From: Armatimonadota bacterium | Lineage (GTDB): Bacteria; Armatimonadota; Fimbriimonadia; Fimbriimonadales; GBS-DC | Assembly (NCBI GenBank): GCA_037445735.1 | Contig: JBBIJY010000002.1 | Location: 96,001-160,000, forward strand | Reading direction: 5' to 3' | Length of the DNA stretch: 64,000 bases | Shown here: piece after piece, positions 29,101 to 38,437 of the stretch | Layout of the letters: every line of letters begins with the position of its first letter | Numbering within the stretch: the first letter of the stretch is position 1 | Made by a program: the position numbers and the translations under genes | The notes under the pieces: model-generated | Databases searched by the model: none | Told to the model about the DNA's origin: nothing | Seen by the model: the letters and a program-made list of their open reading frames with translations, nothing else

Positions 29101-30906
29101 AGGGCTATTGGAATTATTATAGATTCGTGCCTGACCCGTGATTCGGCAGCGCAGGTAGCCTGTCGGGTTGCCGTTCGCATCGCGCTCTATGATGAGCTGC
29201 TCGCCTTTGGCGCCGAGCCAGAACGCCTGCACGCCCTGTAGCGTTTGCGTGCCCTGTCCGCTGATGTCGCGTTGCGTGCCCAGATAGATGACCAGATCGC
29301 TGCCGCCGCCCTGCCCGCGATTGGGCACATAGCCCGCCACCGGCGGCACCAGCCAGTCGCCGATGCTGCTGTTGCGCGGCTGATACCACTCGGGATTCAT
29401 CACGGGGTTCCGATCATCCGTAATGATATAGCGCGGTTCGGTGCCGTCGCCCAGATCGATTGCCCAGAAGCCTGCCGAGGGGCGCGTGCTGACCGTCAGC
29501 GTCGTGGGCACGATCAGCATATTATCCACCGCGATTGGCGCAGGCACAGGATAGTTTTGCAGAGCGGGCGAGGTGGCATTTGCACCGCCTGGCGCAGAGA
29601 GCGACCAGACGCGCTGCCCCTGGGGTACAATCCGCCCTGTGTTCGGGTCGCGCGGCAGCAGCCAGAAGCCGGCCGCCTCGCTCCCCGTGGACACAACCAC
29701 CTGCGTGCCCTTCTGAGTCTCCACAATGACGGGCGGCGACACCTTGCTGGTGCCCAGATTGAACTCCCACACCTTATCGAATCGCTCGCCACGCTCCAGG
29801 TCAGGTACGCCGTCATCGGTGCGCCCGTCGCCGTCCAGATCGCGGTTCGGATTCGCATCGTAGCAGATGAGCTTGTCGTTGACCGTTGCTAACACCAGCC
29901 CGCCATACACCACCACGCCGCCGTTCTGGCGAGTAAGGTTAACCTGTGCGTCTTTCCAGAAGGTGGCTAACGGTGCGCCGTATCGTTCGGGTGTCGAGTT
30001 GGCGCGTCGCATGTTGAGCATATCGCTGGTGCTGTTGCTCGCCCAGCGCAGCAGGTTATAGGCGAACTTCAATTCGAGGGTGGGCACCGCCTCGATGCGG
30101 TCGGCACGAGCCGTATCGGGGATGGAGTTGTCCATGCGCACCATCGGCGCATTGATGGCGGCGGCGATGCCCGCCGCGCTCACGATGATGCGCCCTGCGC
30201 CGTAAGTGCCCGCCGCAATCACAAGCTGCGACGCGCTGACGCCCGCCACCGGTTGCAGCAGTGGCTCCTGCACATTGATGATGCCGCCGCCGAAGCCGCG
30301 CCCGCGCGCCCCGATTCGCGCAATCTCGGCGGGCGCAAGTGTGTAATAGCCTCGCAGAAGCGGATGGTTCAGATTCACAAAGTTGATTGCTCCAGTGCCC
30401 GCGCTGAAATTCATTCGCGGGAAGAACAGCTCGCCCGTGCTGCCATTCGCGGGCAGGTCAATCCACAGGATGCCGCCCCCGTCCACAAAGCGGCGCAGCT
30501 TCTCCCGCATCTCGATGGTCATCCCGTTCAGAGTCGTGCGGCTCAACAGCAGAATCCGGTAGCGGGCGAGTTGCGTATCGCTCACCTTGCTCAGATTGAC
30601 CAGCCAGTAGGCAGCCTGATGGCGCCCTGTGCCAGCGGGCGCCAGCGGGTTCTGGAACGACAGCCCTGGCGGCTTGATGTCGTTGCGCTGATCCATCGCG
30701 TAGAAGGTGTACACATCGCGCACGACAGAAACAGGATTCCGGCTGCTGACGGAAGCGATTTCCTGATCGTTGAACGCGATGACCCCTGCGTAGATGGGCG
30801 CCACGCGCGGGTCGTAGTTGCGCCCATCCGCCAGCGCGCTCGCCAGCCACAGATTCAGCGCAGCGCCAATCGCCATCAGCCTGCCAATCGGTTTCGCCAT
30901 TTTCAT
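26191..30906 (-). CDS. Large secreted protein (~1570 aa): N-terminal DUF4159/GATase-like domain plus beta-propeller/NHL-like repeats
   Basis: Signal peptide; EKLRRFVDGGGILWID...HPLL...GAGRIIV; DLDGDGRTDDG loop; LRNPTDV...IADTGNNRVV. AAGGAG RBS before ATG 30906. Confidence 0.75.
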   Translation of the reverse strand: MKMAKPIGRLMAIGAALNLWLASALADGRNYDPRVAPIYAGVIAFNDQEIASVSSRNPVSVVRDVYTFYAMDQRNDIKPPGLSFQNPLAPAGTGRHQAAYWLVNLSKVSDTQLARYRILLLSRTTLNGMTIEMREKLRRFVDGGGILWIDLPANGSTGELFFPRMNFSAGTGAINFVNLNHPLLRGYYTLAPAEIARIGARGRGFGGGIINVQEPLLQPVAGVSASQLVIAAGTYGAGRIIVSAAGIAAAINAPMVRMDNSIPDTARADRIEAVPTLELKFAYNLLRWASNSTSDMLNMRRANSTPERYGAPLATFWKDAQVNLTRQNGGVVVYGGLVLATVNDKLICYDANPNRDLDGDGRTDDGVPDLERGERFDKVWEFNLGTSKVSPPVIVETQKGTQVVVSTGSEAAGFWLLPRDPNTGRIVPQGQRVWSLSAPGGANATSPALQNYPVPAPIAVDNMLIVPTTLTVSTRPSAGFWAIDLGDGTEPRYIITDDRNPVMNPEWYQPRNSSIGDWLVPPVAGYVPNRGQGGGSDLVIYLGTQRDISGQGTQTLQGVQAFWLGAKGEQLIIERDANGNPTGYLRCRITGQARIYNNSNSPLRPRVYELNPQTGQITEITDLCTFNFGSPGRVAYAGAVNTNLYYIDYYIDWATANNPSTMMRTFMSLPASQTGSPMPPNNLQGFTLGANGVLYITTGTLTSDGGSSDPNTDNGNLIAVLEQWSSAGTRGGGSVILWRWQSHGGYQQRVTAGGQANMVSVPGATIWNEPNRYLSDFLGPLLNFSHSFPGGAPLAMNFSFIEAPVYANGVVYALGLGTVRLGGFLPIPYTIVLAFDAEPEQFIIDLGAPIATDAPITLTQRDYARSGANPSLFTQVSLTYSPQSPDPLITVDYATGQIRLSGFRQSQAGGSLELLSALSISQPVLVSVGAYNALIDPDRDPLDPGKKLYAGKWDNLLWYAVLLGEVPKGPPVVAGDILYLPMRVALPPNVSDRQEIYGVLGLATDPRRYQPDIGTRHAQAGTIPFPNLGYGSVIRWPFIDDLVNDVQISRNPFAFLREFFRRFIVSLPYTAISPVSIGDGVLVVGTNEGLQIYSRQLTVIADEGRLLEVDSAGQVVWSSENSQLEFATGSFVPAFAKYPLTPNARVYRYGENQFLIVEPERNRLAILNRAGEEERTITGFLPDLLPLRDASGNVTGTLNLRDPNRQGLLGSNYISGTPATLRNPTDVTVWTEFVPDARNPYAVRSSTGWEYWIHYTIADTGNNRVVDIVDRFVVDANTYAIGEPVWHPQLNLPMTGVLYWMTPTLKEGQTYRYVGAQRFEYWDGNMTKIGFATLVQNASARGADPATEPATPEAGMIILQLAEGGADRTLYITRMRLPDGTVVPILAPVAIDTSRVSLVSSGGGGSAVGLFLLVTTSTGIYELQVPLTGTIGDTLPVTWMLTNEAYSLGIRRRLKGLRLQTVDGAPESPPRQPILFKPRQARYLFNGNVLIVNGYSGYTTLVNASGAEEPMEFLGEVLELKASDFNPNDTNPSDGSLLGFSYDSIVWSTADRPAMSGSYQLRKPSAADRAF

Positions 30907-30918
30907 CGCCACCACTCC

Positions 30919-33576
30919 TTACGGACGAGCTTCGCCTGCATAAATCGGTTTCGGGCACACGGGCAGTTTCGGGATAGGCGGCAGGATGCGCCCCGGATGT
31001 TGCCCCGACGGATCCTGCGTGCTGTCATAGGCGACGCGAATCGGCTGATTGTTCACGCGCGGGTCGCGCAGGATAGGGTCATAGCGCATGAAGAGATTGA
31101 CCGCATAGCGCCCGCGCCCCGATTGCGTATCGTGGAAGAACTCCTGATGCTGGTCGGGGATGGTCAGTCCCGAGTTGCCGTACTCGATGGGTATCCAGCC
31201 CCATTTGCGCAGCCATTCGGTCTGGTCGCCTAAGGGCGCGGTGAAGTTTTCGGCAATTGCGCCCACGATGGTGATTTTGATGTCGAGCGGCTCGCCATAG
31301 AAGGGAAACTCTGGCGAAGCGACCCCTGCAGGGCGCCGACCGTTGTTCGCTTGCGCGTTCGCGCGTGTGTCGCGCGGGTTGGTGTTGAACCAGTAGCCCG
31401 GTATCACGAAGAAGCAGCCCTCCTGCGCGAACAGCACCGCCTCGATGCGAATATCCAGCGGCTGAACAACTGCCGCACTCAACCGATAGGGCGCGTTATC
31501 GGTCGGCAGCTGGAACTGGCTCGGATTCACCAGCGGCTGAAGCTGCAGCTGCAACAGATTCTCCACGCCGGGCGTCGCGTCCAGCGGATAGTTCGAGCCT
31601 GCCGGGGTCAGCACCAGCGTGAAGGCTATCTTCTCATAGTTCGGATAGACCTGAAAAGTGGTGCGCCCCAGCGGGTACATCGCGGGCGGAAAGCCCAGCA
31701 GATTGAAATTATAAAACGGGTTCTGGTTGAACGACGGGTTCACCAGCAGGTTGATGAACGAGCCGACGCTGGCGGAGGCATGGCGCAGGTGGAGCTTCAG
31801 CCCACCGAAGTTGCCCGTGTAGGTCTGCGGGTCAACCCCGAAGCTGAACTGCAGCTGCATCGGGCGGTTGGGCAGCACCTCAAAATAGAAGGGCGATTCG
31901 GGGTTGGTGGGGTCGCCCTCCGCCACCGACGGGCTTTGCCATGTGCGCCGCACAAACTGCGTCGTGTTCACGCACACATAGTCCTTCGCAATGATTGCCA
32001 GCGTGGAGCGGGCGTCCCCCTTCACAAGGTTGCCCTCGATGTACGCCGTGCCGTTCGTTACAATCGTAATCTGTCGCCCCGATGGGATGATGCCCCGCAC
32101 GCGCACATTGCCTTCCGCGTAGATGACGCCGTTGAAAGGCACGCGCAGCGCCTGCCGCTCCTGCTCGCTGCGACCGGGCACTTCGATCAGCTCGTTCGTC
32201 AGGAAGTTGAAGTTCGGGTTGCCCGGATCGGCGCTGCGGAAGAAGAATCGCAGCGTTTTGCGGTTGGTGGGCGTGCCAGTGTAGGGGTCGAACCACACAT
32301 CGTTGGGCACGCTCTGGTTGCGCGTGATGCGGAAGCCCTGCTCGATAATCTGGTTGCCGTTGCGCACCTCATAGAGTTCGATATAGGCGCCGGGCGGCTC
32401 ATAGAAGGGACCGTTCCAGTAGCGGGAGCCGCCGGGCTTGAGCCAGTCGCTGCGCAGGCTGTAGCCGCCGATCAGCCCGCGGCTCTCCTGCTGGATGTCC
32501 TGCGCGTTATTGATGTAGATACCGCGCCCGTAGCCGTACTGACCCGTGTTGTACCAGGTGCCGCTGGGGCGCTGGCGCCAGATGCCCGATTCGCGCGTGG
32601 CGGACACATAGCGGGGTCGTCCGGTGGCGGTGTCAACGGTATCCATGCGGGGCGGTTCCAGATAGGCGATGGAGCGCGGGAAGCCGTCGATGGCAGTGGT
32701 CGGCTTGCCGTCGCGATACAGCCCGCCGACCGTGAAGAAATCGGGGTCGCGGCTGGGCAATACGGGCGTCGCCCCTGCTGGCGTGATGACCGAAACGGTG
32801 GTGTTATCGTTGTGGATAATCTCGCCGGCGACATAGACCCGTTCGCCCCTGTCGGGGTTCAGTGCGATCTGTACATTGCCGCTCCAGCGGAGATTGCCGT
32901 TCACATAGATGGGCGCGAAGCCGACCTCGCGGCGCGTGGGATCGGGGTTATTGCTGTCGGGCACAGGATTGCCCAGAATCAGGCGGTAGGGCATGCCCAG
33001 CCCCACATCCTCCGCGCCGAACTCCATCAGCGTCGCCCGCTGATCGCGATTCATCACGAAGCGCAGGTAATCGATGGTGCCAATCTGCACATAGGCGACC
33101 TTCTCGCGGCGGCGCGTGATGTCCGCCCCGCCCAGCGTGGTCGGATCGTTCGGATCCACCAGCCCCGGTCGCCCGACCGATTCGATCTTGATCACAGGCT
33201 GGCGGTGGATGGGACCTGACGGTTGATAGCTCACGCGGATCAGCGCGCGCCCTTTGGTGAAGTTGATTCGGGTGAAGCCGCCTGTGCCATCGGCAGGGTT
33301 ATACGGCTTCAGCCAGAAGTAGTCAGGGTCTTTTGGATCGGTGATATTGTCGGGAATGGGGCGCCAGTCCGCGCCGTCCTCGCTGTTGACCAGCTGGTCG
33401 ACCGCGTATTTGATGCCCGCGTCGGCGAAGTAGTCCGCGCTCAGCCCCTCGCGCGCCTGCTGCACATTCAGCAGGTTGCGGGCGATGGTCACGATGAACA
33501 CGCCGCCCAGGATCAGCAGCACGAAGGCGACCAGCAGCGCAATCACCAGAGTCTGTCCACGCCGGGTATGTTTCAT
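30919..33576 (-). CDS. PilX/GspK-like minor pilin, oversized (885 aa)
   Basis: MKHTRRG|QTLVIALLVAFVLL class III signal lacking Glu+5, followed by the PilX-type ADAGIKYA motif. Confidence 0.75.
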   Translation of the reverse strand: MKHTRRGQTLVIALLVAFVLLILGGVFIVTIARNLLNVQQAREGLSADYFADAGIKYAVDQLVNSEDGADWRPIPDNITDPKDPDYFWLKPYNPADGTGGFTRINFTKGRALIRVSYQPSGPIHRQPVIKIESVGRPGLVDPNDPTTLGGADITRRREKVAYVQIGTIDYLRFVMNRDQRATLMEFGAEDVGLGMPYRLILGNPVPDSNNPDPTRREVGFAPIYVNGNLRWSGNVQIALNPDRGERVYVAGEIIHNDNTTVSVITPAGATPVLPSRDPDFFTVGGLYRDGKPTTAIDGFPRSIAYLEPPRMDTVDTATGRPRYVSATRESGIWRQRPSGTWYNTGQYGYGRGIYINNAQDIQQESRGLIGGYSLRSDWLKPGGSRYWNGPFYEPPGAYIELYEVRNGNQIIEQGFRITRNQSVPNDVWFDPYTGTPTNRKTLRFFFRSADPGNPNFNFLTNELIEVPGRSEQERQALRVPFNGVIYAEGNVRVRGIIPSGRQITIVTNGTAYIEGNLVKGDARSTLAIIAKDYVCVNTTQFVRRTWQSPSVAEGDPTNPESPFYFEVLPNRPMQLQFSFGVDPQTYTGNFGGLKLHLRHASASVGSFINLLVNPSFNQNPFYNFNLLGFPPAMYPLGRTTFQVYPNYEKIAFTLVLTPAGSNYPLDATPGVENLLQLQLQPLVNPSQFQLPTDNAPYRLSAAVVQPLDIRIEAVLFAQEGCFFVIPGYWFNTNPRDTRANAQANNGRRPAGVASPEFPFYGEPLDIKITIVGAIAENFTAPLGDQTEWLRKWGWIPIEYGNSGLTIPDQHQEFFHDTQSGRGRYAVNLFMRYDPILRDPRVNNQPIRVAYDSTQDPSGQHPGRILPPIPKLPVCPKPIYAGEARP

Positions 33577-33589
33577 CGTTTTCGCCTCC

Positions 33590-35509
33590 CTACTGCCCGC
33601 GCAGCTGCACGATGTTGGGCAGCTCGATCTGGGTGTTGAGCGCGTAGTTCACCGTGCGCTCCGCGCCGTAGAACTTCATGCCGACCTGCAGCGTCATCAC
33701 GCGCCGTGTCTCGTAGTCCGCCACCGCCGAATCGGTGGGCTGGTTGAACTGGTAGTAGAAGGTGACCATCACATTGTTTTCGCCGGGCGGAAGTGGGCTG
33801 TTCGGGTCAGAGTAGAACTCGATATAGCCGCGCAGCAGCGACGGCTCGAAGCCAAGAGTATTCAGCACCTGTTGCATCGGCGTGCTGTCGGTGTAGAGAA
33901 TCCGGTACTGATTGGGTCCCACATCGCGGGTTGCGCTGGCGACACGCTGATAGCGGATGGGCTTGCCGTAGTTGGGTCCAGGGCGCTGATCGGGACCTAT
34001 CACCACTTCCGAGCCTGCCACAATCGAAGCATCAGGCAGCGCCAGATAGTTGCGCAGCGGATCGTCGACCTGTCCATCGTTATCGAGGTCAATCAGGCTG
34101 ATATAACGCTTCACATTATTGATGTTATTGGGGTCAAGGCGATACTGGTAGTTGAATCGCCCGTTGATGGTTCTGGTGTCAGGGTTTTGATCGGTGGCGG
34201 GTGTGGCGTAGATGCCCGTGCTGAAGACCAGCCCCACCTGCTGATTGACCGGGTGATCCATCCATGCGCCCATCCACCAGGGGATGGCAAACTCCAGTTG
34301 ACCCGCCTCGTCGTTCAAATAAAACGCCATCATCTCGGTGCTATTCGGATCGGTGAGCGTGAACCAGCGGGTGTCGGGCGTGCCGCTCAAAAGCGCCTGG
34401 CGGAACAGCGTGAGGTTACATACCCGCTCGTTGATCTCCTGCCGCGTGGTCGGGTCGTACCGATAGTAGCAGAGATACCACTGGTCGACAGTGTCGTCGT
34501 AGAGCGTGTAGAAGTAGCGCAGAGGCTGGGGCGGGTTGCGCTGGAGCGAGTCGGGCGCACTGCGAAACACGAAGAGGCGGAACACATCGGGGTTCAGCGT
34601 CCACAAGCCGTGTGGGAACTTAATCTGGATAGGGATAATCGCGCCCATCTCGTCGCTGAGGGTCTGCGTTTCCACAGGCGAGCCTGCCTGATTCACGATC
34701 TGGGCGGGCTTGAACTGCAGCAGCGGCACCACCTGCGGGTTGCCCCGCGAATCGCGCGTGAGATTGATCATATCGACCTGCCCGACGGGTCCAATGGGTT
34801 TGGCGACCTCGCGCCAGCCGCGCCAGTGGCGCCCGTAGAAGAAGTTCGGGTCATAAAAATCGGCAATTGTGTCGAACAGCTTCGGGTTCAACCGCCACCG
34901 ATTGTTATTATCCTTCACATAGAGGGGGAACTCGGCGCGATACAGCATGGCGAGGTTCTCCTTCGCGGTGGCGGCGGTCATTGGCTCCTCTTCCGGGTTG
35001 AAGTAGGGCTGGTCAGGAACGCCGTCGTTGTTGCTGTCGGTATTGTCCTGCAGCCCGATGAAGTACATTACAATCGTGCGTCCGGGCGAGAGCGGCATCG
35101 CCAGCTCCGCGTCAGGTTCGCCGCGCCGACCAATCGGGATTTCGGAGGTGGGGTCGTTCGACTCCTGAGACGGATCGCCGTAGGCGGGCGGCACCAGGAT
35201 AATCATCGCGTTGCGCATCGGCACCGCGACGGGGCGATTATTACTGTCTGTCACCCAGATGTTGATGGTGCGGTGGCTGGTGTCGAACACATAGGCGGCG
35301 CGTTTGAGGTCGGTCTGAATCCGTTCGAGGGCGAGGCGGGTGGTGGTCTGCGCCTGCGATTGCACCTGACCCTGACGGGTGTAGCGGAAGCCCTGAATCA
35401 GGGGTATGAGCAGAAGCCCCAGCAGAACTGCGGTGATGGCAATCACCACCAGCAGCTCCACCAGTGTGAAGCCCTGCCGCTGCCCGATTTGTATCGTCCG
35501 TCCTATCAT
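33590..35509 (-). CDS. PilW/GspJ-like minor pilin, oversized (639 aa)
   Basis: RQG|FTLVELLVVIAI prepilin motif; RLALERIQTDLKRA helix. Confidence 0.8.
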   Translation of the reverse strand: MIGRTIQIGQRQGFTLVELLVVIAITAVLLGLLLIPLIQGFRYTRQGQVQSQAQTTTRLALERIQTDLKRAAYVFDTSHRTINIWVTDSNNRPVAVPMRNAMIILVPPAYGDPSQESNDPTSEIPIGRRGEPDAELAMPLSPGRTIVMYFIGLQDNTDSNNDGVPDQPYFNPEEEPMTAATAKENLAMLYRAEFPLYVKDNNNRWRLNPKLFDTIADFYDPNFFYGRHWRGWREVAKPIGPVGQVDMINLTRDSRGNPQVVPLLQFKPAQIVNQAGSPVETQTLSDEMGAIIPIQIKFPHGLWTLNPDVFRLFVFRSAPDSLQRNPPQPLRYFYTLYDDTVDQWYLCYYRYDPTTRQEINERVCNLTLFRQALLSGTPDTRWFTLTDPNSTEMMAFYLNDEAGQLEFAIPWWMGAWMDHPVNQQVGLVFSTGIYATPATDQNPDTRTINGRFNYQYRLDPNNINNVKRYISLIDLDNDGQVDDPLRNYLALPDASIVAGSEVVIGPDQRPGPNYGKPIRYQRVASATRDVGPNQYRILYTDSTPMQQVLNTLGFEPSLLRGYIEFYSDPNSPLPPGENNVMVTFYYQFNQPTDSAVADYETRRVMTLQVGMKFYGAERTVNYALNTQIELPNIVQLRGQ

Positions 35510-35573
35510 TGCCTGCTCGTCCCTATTTCTGACCGTTCATTTAATTTTCAGGTTCCCCTCGCTCTTCACCTGA

Positions 35574-35601
35574 CCCCTCACCTGTACCCTCTGGGGGAGA
35601 G
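35574..35601. repeat. Degenerate REP-like element inside the pilin cluster
   Basis: cccctcacctgtaccctctgggggagag resembles the units at 5.6 and 51.2 kb. Confidence 0.45.
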
Positions 35602-35606
35602 TCGAG

Positions 35607-37427
35607 CTAATCTTTGCGGGTGAGCATCGTGTCGAAGTCGATTTTAACCTTGCGTCCGTCGGGTTCGTAGTAGAGTCGCACTTTGAGCGACAGCCCCTGC
35701 ACGCCGCGGATGGCGACGCCCGTCACTTCGGGCGCCCAGCTGGCACCTGGGTGAAGCTCGGTCAGGTCGGCATACACATAGCCTGTGCCATCGGGCACTT
35801 CCGAGATGCGCAGAACACCGTTCACGCCCCGCCGAACCGTGTTGTCCTGACGATACCAGTATTCGCGCAGCAGAATCGTCTTGCCCGCCTCGCTCCGATT
35901 GAAGTAGAGTTTGCTTACCGTGCGACCTGCGAAAGCCGCTTCAGCGTCGTACCAGCAGGCATCGGCGGGCATGCCATTCAGCACCGGGCTGATAAAGTAG
36001 CGGTGGGCGGCTTTCTGCACGGCGAGCGCCCAGTTCTCGTGCGCCTTATACAGGATACGCAGCTTGCGCCCGCGCAGGTAGGCATTGTTGAGCTGGATCA
36101 CGCCCGCCGTGTAGTCCACCGCGAAGCTGCCCAGCGCCAGATCGCCCCCTATCTGGCTGCTTTTCTGGATATAGGCGACCTGACCCGTCAGCATGTCAAT
36201 CAGCACAATGTCGGGCTGTTGCTGGTCGGGGAGGTCTGGCAGGTTCAGCCCTTTATACTGACTCTGATCCTCTAACAGGTCGCCGTACTGTTTGATGTCG
36301 GTGAAGGCGAGGCGGATGCGCCCTGTGCCGGGCACGGTGTGTTCCTCGCGCAGGATGAACCAGTCGTACACATTGTAGTCCACATTGGCGACCAGCGGGC
36401 GCTGCCCCGCCCAGTAGCGCTCGTAGAAGCCGGTGCCCGCCGGGTTGAACGCCAGCAACCCCAGCAGCTGGTTCACCACCTTATATTGATAGGGATAGCT
36501 GGGGTCCCATGCGTCGCCAGGGCGAAGCCGTTCAAACAGCCGCGCCGCCGAATCGGAATCGGGCACGATACCCTGAAAGCCCGGCTCGTTGCGCACGGAC
36601 GGGTAGTTGCTGGGATCCTGACCCGGCACGGGCAGGGTCAGATCCACCCACATGGGGAAGGGGCGTTGCGGGAAGGTCGGGTTGAGAATAATCACGGTGG
36701 AGACCTGCCGAATATCTTCGTGCCCATCATGCAGCACGCGATAGGAGTAGTCGATTTTGTAGGCGATGGGGCGATTGCGCAGCGGGCGCAACAGCACCCT
36801 GCCCTGCTCGTAGTCGATGCCATATTCGTAAGTTTGCAGGTTCCAGCGATATTCAGAATTCGAATCCATCTCGAATCGGCGCATGGGGTTGCCATACACC
36901 AGCAGGTAGCCGCTGGCGATGGGGTCCCACACATCGCCGCTGACATTCGGGGGCGGCACGGCGATGGGCGCAAAAGCGGTTTGATACAGAATCCCTTCGG
37001 TGAGGGTGTAGCGCGAGCCAAGATAGGGCGCAGGCGCCCCCAGATTGACCCGCTCGCCGATAATGCGCCGAACGCGATTGACCCCGCTGGCGTATTCGGG
37101 CGGCACATCGGGCGGCAGGTTCGGCTGGACGCCCATATCGTCGGGCGAGGTGGTCGGGTCAATCACCATCACCGTCTGCCCGTTCACAACCTCATATTTG
37201 ATGGGCGCAATCATATACGGCAGGTTATCCTGCCGCCCCTTGAGCCGTTCCAGTTCCTGTTGCGCCAGGCGCGTCGCCGCCTCGCTCTGTCCGGAGCGCT
37301 TCAACGCCAGGAAGCCGCTCGGATAGAGCCGAATGAACACCAGAATCGCGACCGCCAGTATCATGATCGCGACCAGCACCTCGACGAGCGAGGCGCCGCC
37401 CTGCCATCGCTTCTTCCCTGCCATCAT
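35607..37427 (-). CDS. PilV/GspI-like minor pilin, oversized (~606 aa)
   Basis: KKRWQGG|ASLVEVLVAIMIL prepilin motif with Glu+5; ATRLAQQELERLK helix. Confidence 0.75.
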   Translation of the reverse strand: MMAGKKRWQGGASLVEVLVAIMILAVAILVFIRLYPSGFLALKRSGQSEAATRLAQQELERLKGRQDNLPYMIAPIKYEVVNGQTVMVIDPTTSPDDMGVQPNLPPDVPPEYASGVNRVRRIIGERVNLGAPAPYLGSRYTLTEGILYQTAFAPIAVPPPNVSGDVWDPIASGYLLVYGNPMRRFEMDSNSEYRWNLQTYEYGIDYEQGRVLLRPLRNRPIAYKIDYSYRVLHDGHEDIRQVSTVIILNPTFPQRPFPMWVDLTLPVPGQDPSNYPSVRNEPGFQGIVPDSDSAARLFERLRPGDAWDPSYPYQYKVVNQLLGLLAFNPAGTGFYERYWAGQRPLVANVDYNVYDWFILREEHTVPGTGRIRLAFTDIKQYGDLLEDQSQYKGLNLPDLPDQQQPDIVLIDMLTGQVAYIQKSSQIGGDLALGSFAVDYTAGVIQLNNAYLRGRKLRILYKAHENWALAVQKAAHRYFISPVLNGMPADACWYDAEAAFAGRTVSKLYFNRSEAGKTILLREYWYRQDNTVRRGVNGVLRISEVPDGTGYVYADLTELHPGASWAPEVTGVAIRGVQGLSLKVRLYYEPDGRKVKIDFDTMLTRKD

Positions 37428-37472
37428 CGGTTCTCGCTTACCCCATCCGAACTGCATCAGCGTGCCAGCCGC

Positions 37473-38288
37473 CTACGGACGCGCATGATAGGGATATTGA
37501 GCCATCTCCACCGAATCCATCGGCTTAACGGCTCCGCTCAGGAACAGCACCAGGTCGTTCCTGGCACGCTCGGGTTGATTACCTCTATATGATCGATGAT
37601 AACTGCACCATGTAACTACCGTTGTCGGATCAGGATTGCGATAACCGAGCTGGCGAGGGTTATCTGTTCGCTTGGGGCCTATGCTACCATCAAAATAGCC
37701 ATCACCGTAGCCATCACCTTGAGGGGGTGGTTGACGACCCTGGCGCCGATTCTCCTCCTGATTGAGTTGGTAATTCGACCAGAATAGCGTGTAGCGCAGT
37801 TCGTAAGTGCCGTCGCGGCGCCTGCCAATATCATAACTGTCAAACCGATAAAAGCAGACCTGGATTAAATTCTGGGCTGACGGATCCAGCACAACGGGTT
37901 GCCCTGCCCAGGCGTGCCCTGCAGGATAAACGGCGGATGTGATCAGACGCTTGTCGTCGGTGGGATTATTCGGGCAAAGGAAGATGTCGTCATTTTTGAG
38001 GTAAGAGCGTAGCGGGCTTGGCGCGCGACCAAACGGCACAGCCGAGTTCTGATTGCATGTGTAGTTGCCCGTGTTATCCACTGCATAGGCGCCCAGCACG
38101 GGGGGATAGGCGTTGTAGTCCAGTTTATAGCTCTGGAGAGCGGTGTAAATCTGGCTGAGATTCGAGGTGCAGCGCGAGCGGCGGGCGTTCTCGCGTGCCG
38201 TGCCCGCCACCGGAAAGATAATCGCCGCCAGGATCGCGATAATCGCGATCACCGTCAACAGCTCCACCAGCGTAAAGCCCTTTTTCAT
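37473..38288 (-). CDS. Prepilin-type N-terminal cleavage/methylation protein (GspG/DUF1559-like)
   Basis: MKKG|FTLVELLTVIAIIAILAAIIFPV...ARENARRSRCTSNLSQI. Confidence 0.85.
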   Translation of the reverse strand: MKKGFTLVELLTVIAIIAILAAIIFPVAGTARENARRSRCTSNLSQIYTALQSYKLDYNAYPPVLGAYAVDNTGNYTCNQNSAVPFGRAPSPLRSYLKNDDIFLCPNNPTDDKRLITSAVYPAGHAWAGQPVVLDPSAQNLIQVCFYRFDSYDIGRRRDGTYELRYTLFWSNYQLNQEENRRQGRQPPPQGDGYGDGYFDGSIGPKRTDNPRQLGYRNPDPTTVVTWCSYHRSYRGNQPERARNDLVLFLSGAVKPMDSVEMAQYPYHARP

Positions 38289-38437
38289 TGTCCCATACCT
38301 CGCCGCTCGGATATTAGACAGGGGTCAACCCCTTCAGGGTTCCCCCGCCATCTCCTATTATGACATACTCGACGCCCTTCCCTGCTTTTGAGACCAGCAA
38401 TCTGCTGAGTGGGTTCCCGACAGGTATCCTTCCCTCT

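Noticed and set aside
21251-35623. Long plus-strand ORFs (e.g. 21251..23491, 23876..26194, 26227..28311, 31351..33219, 33476..35623)
   Set aside because: They are antisense shadows of the minus-strand pilin-cluster genes, expected in GC-rich DNA, with no recognisable motifs.
38289-38360. Riboswitch in the pilin operon leader
   Set aside because: A GC-rich hairpin can be drawn, but I could not match it to any known riboswitch consensus. An Rfam/Infernal search would be needed.
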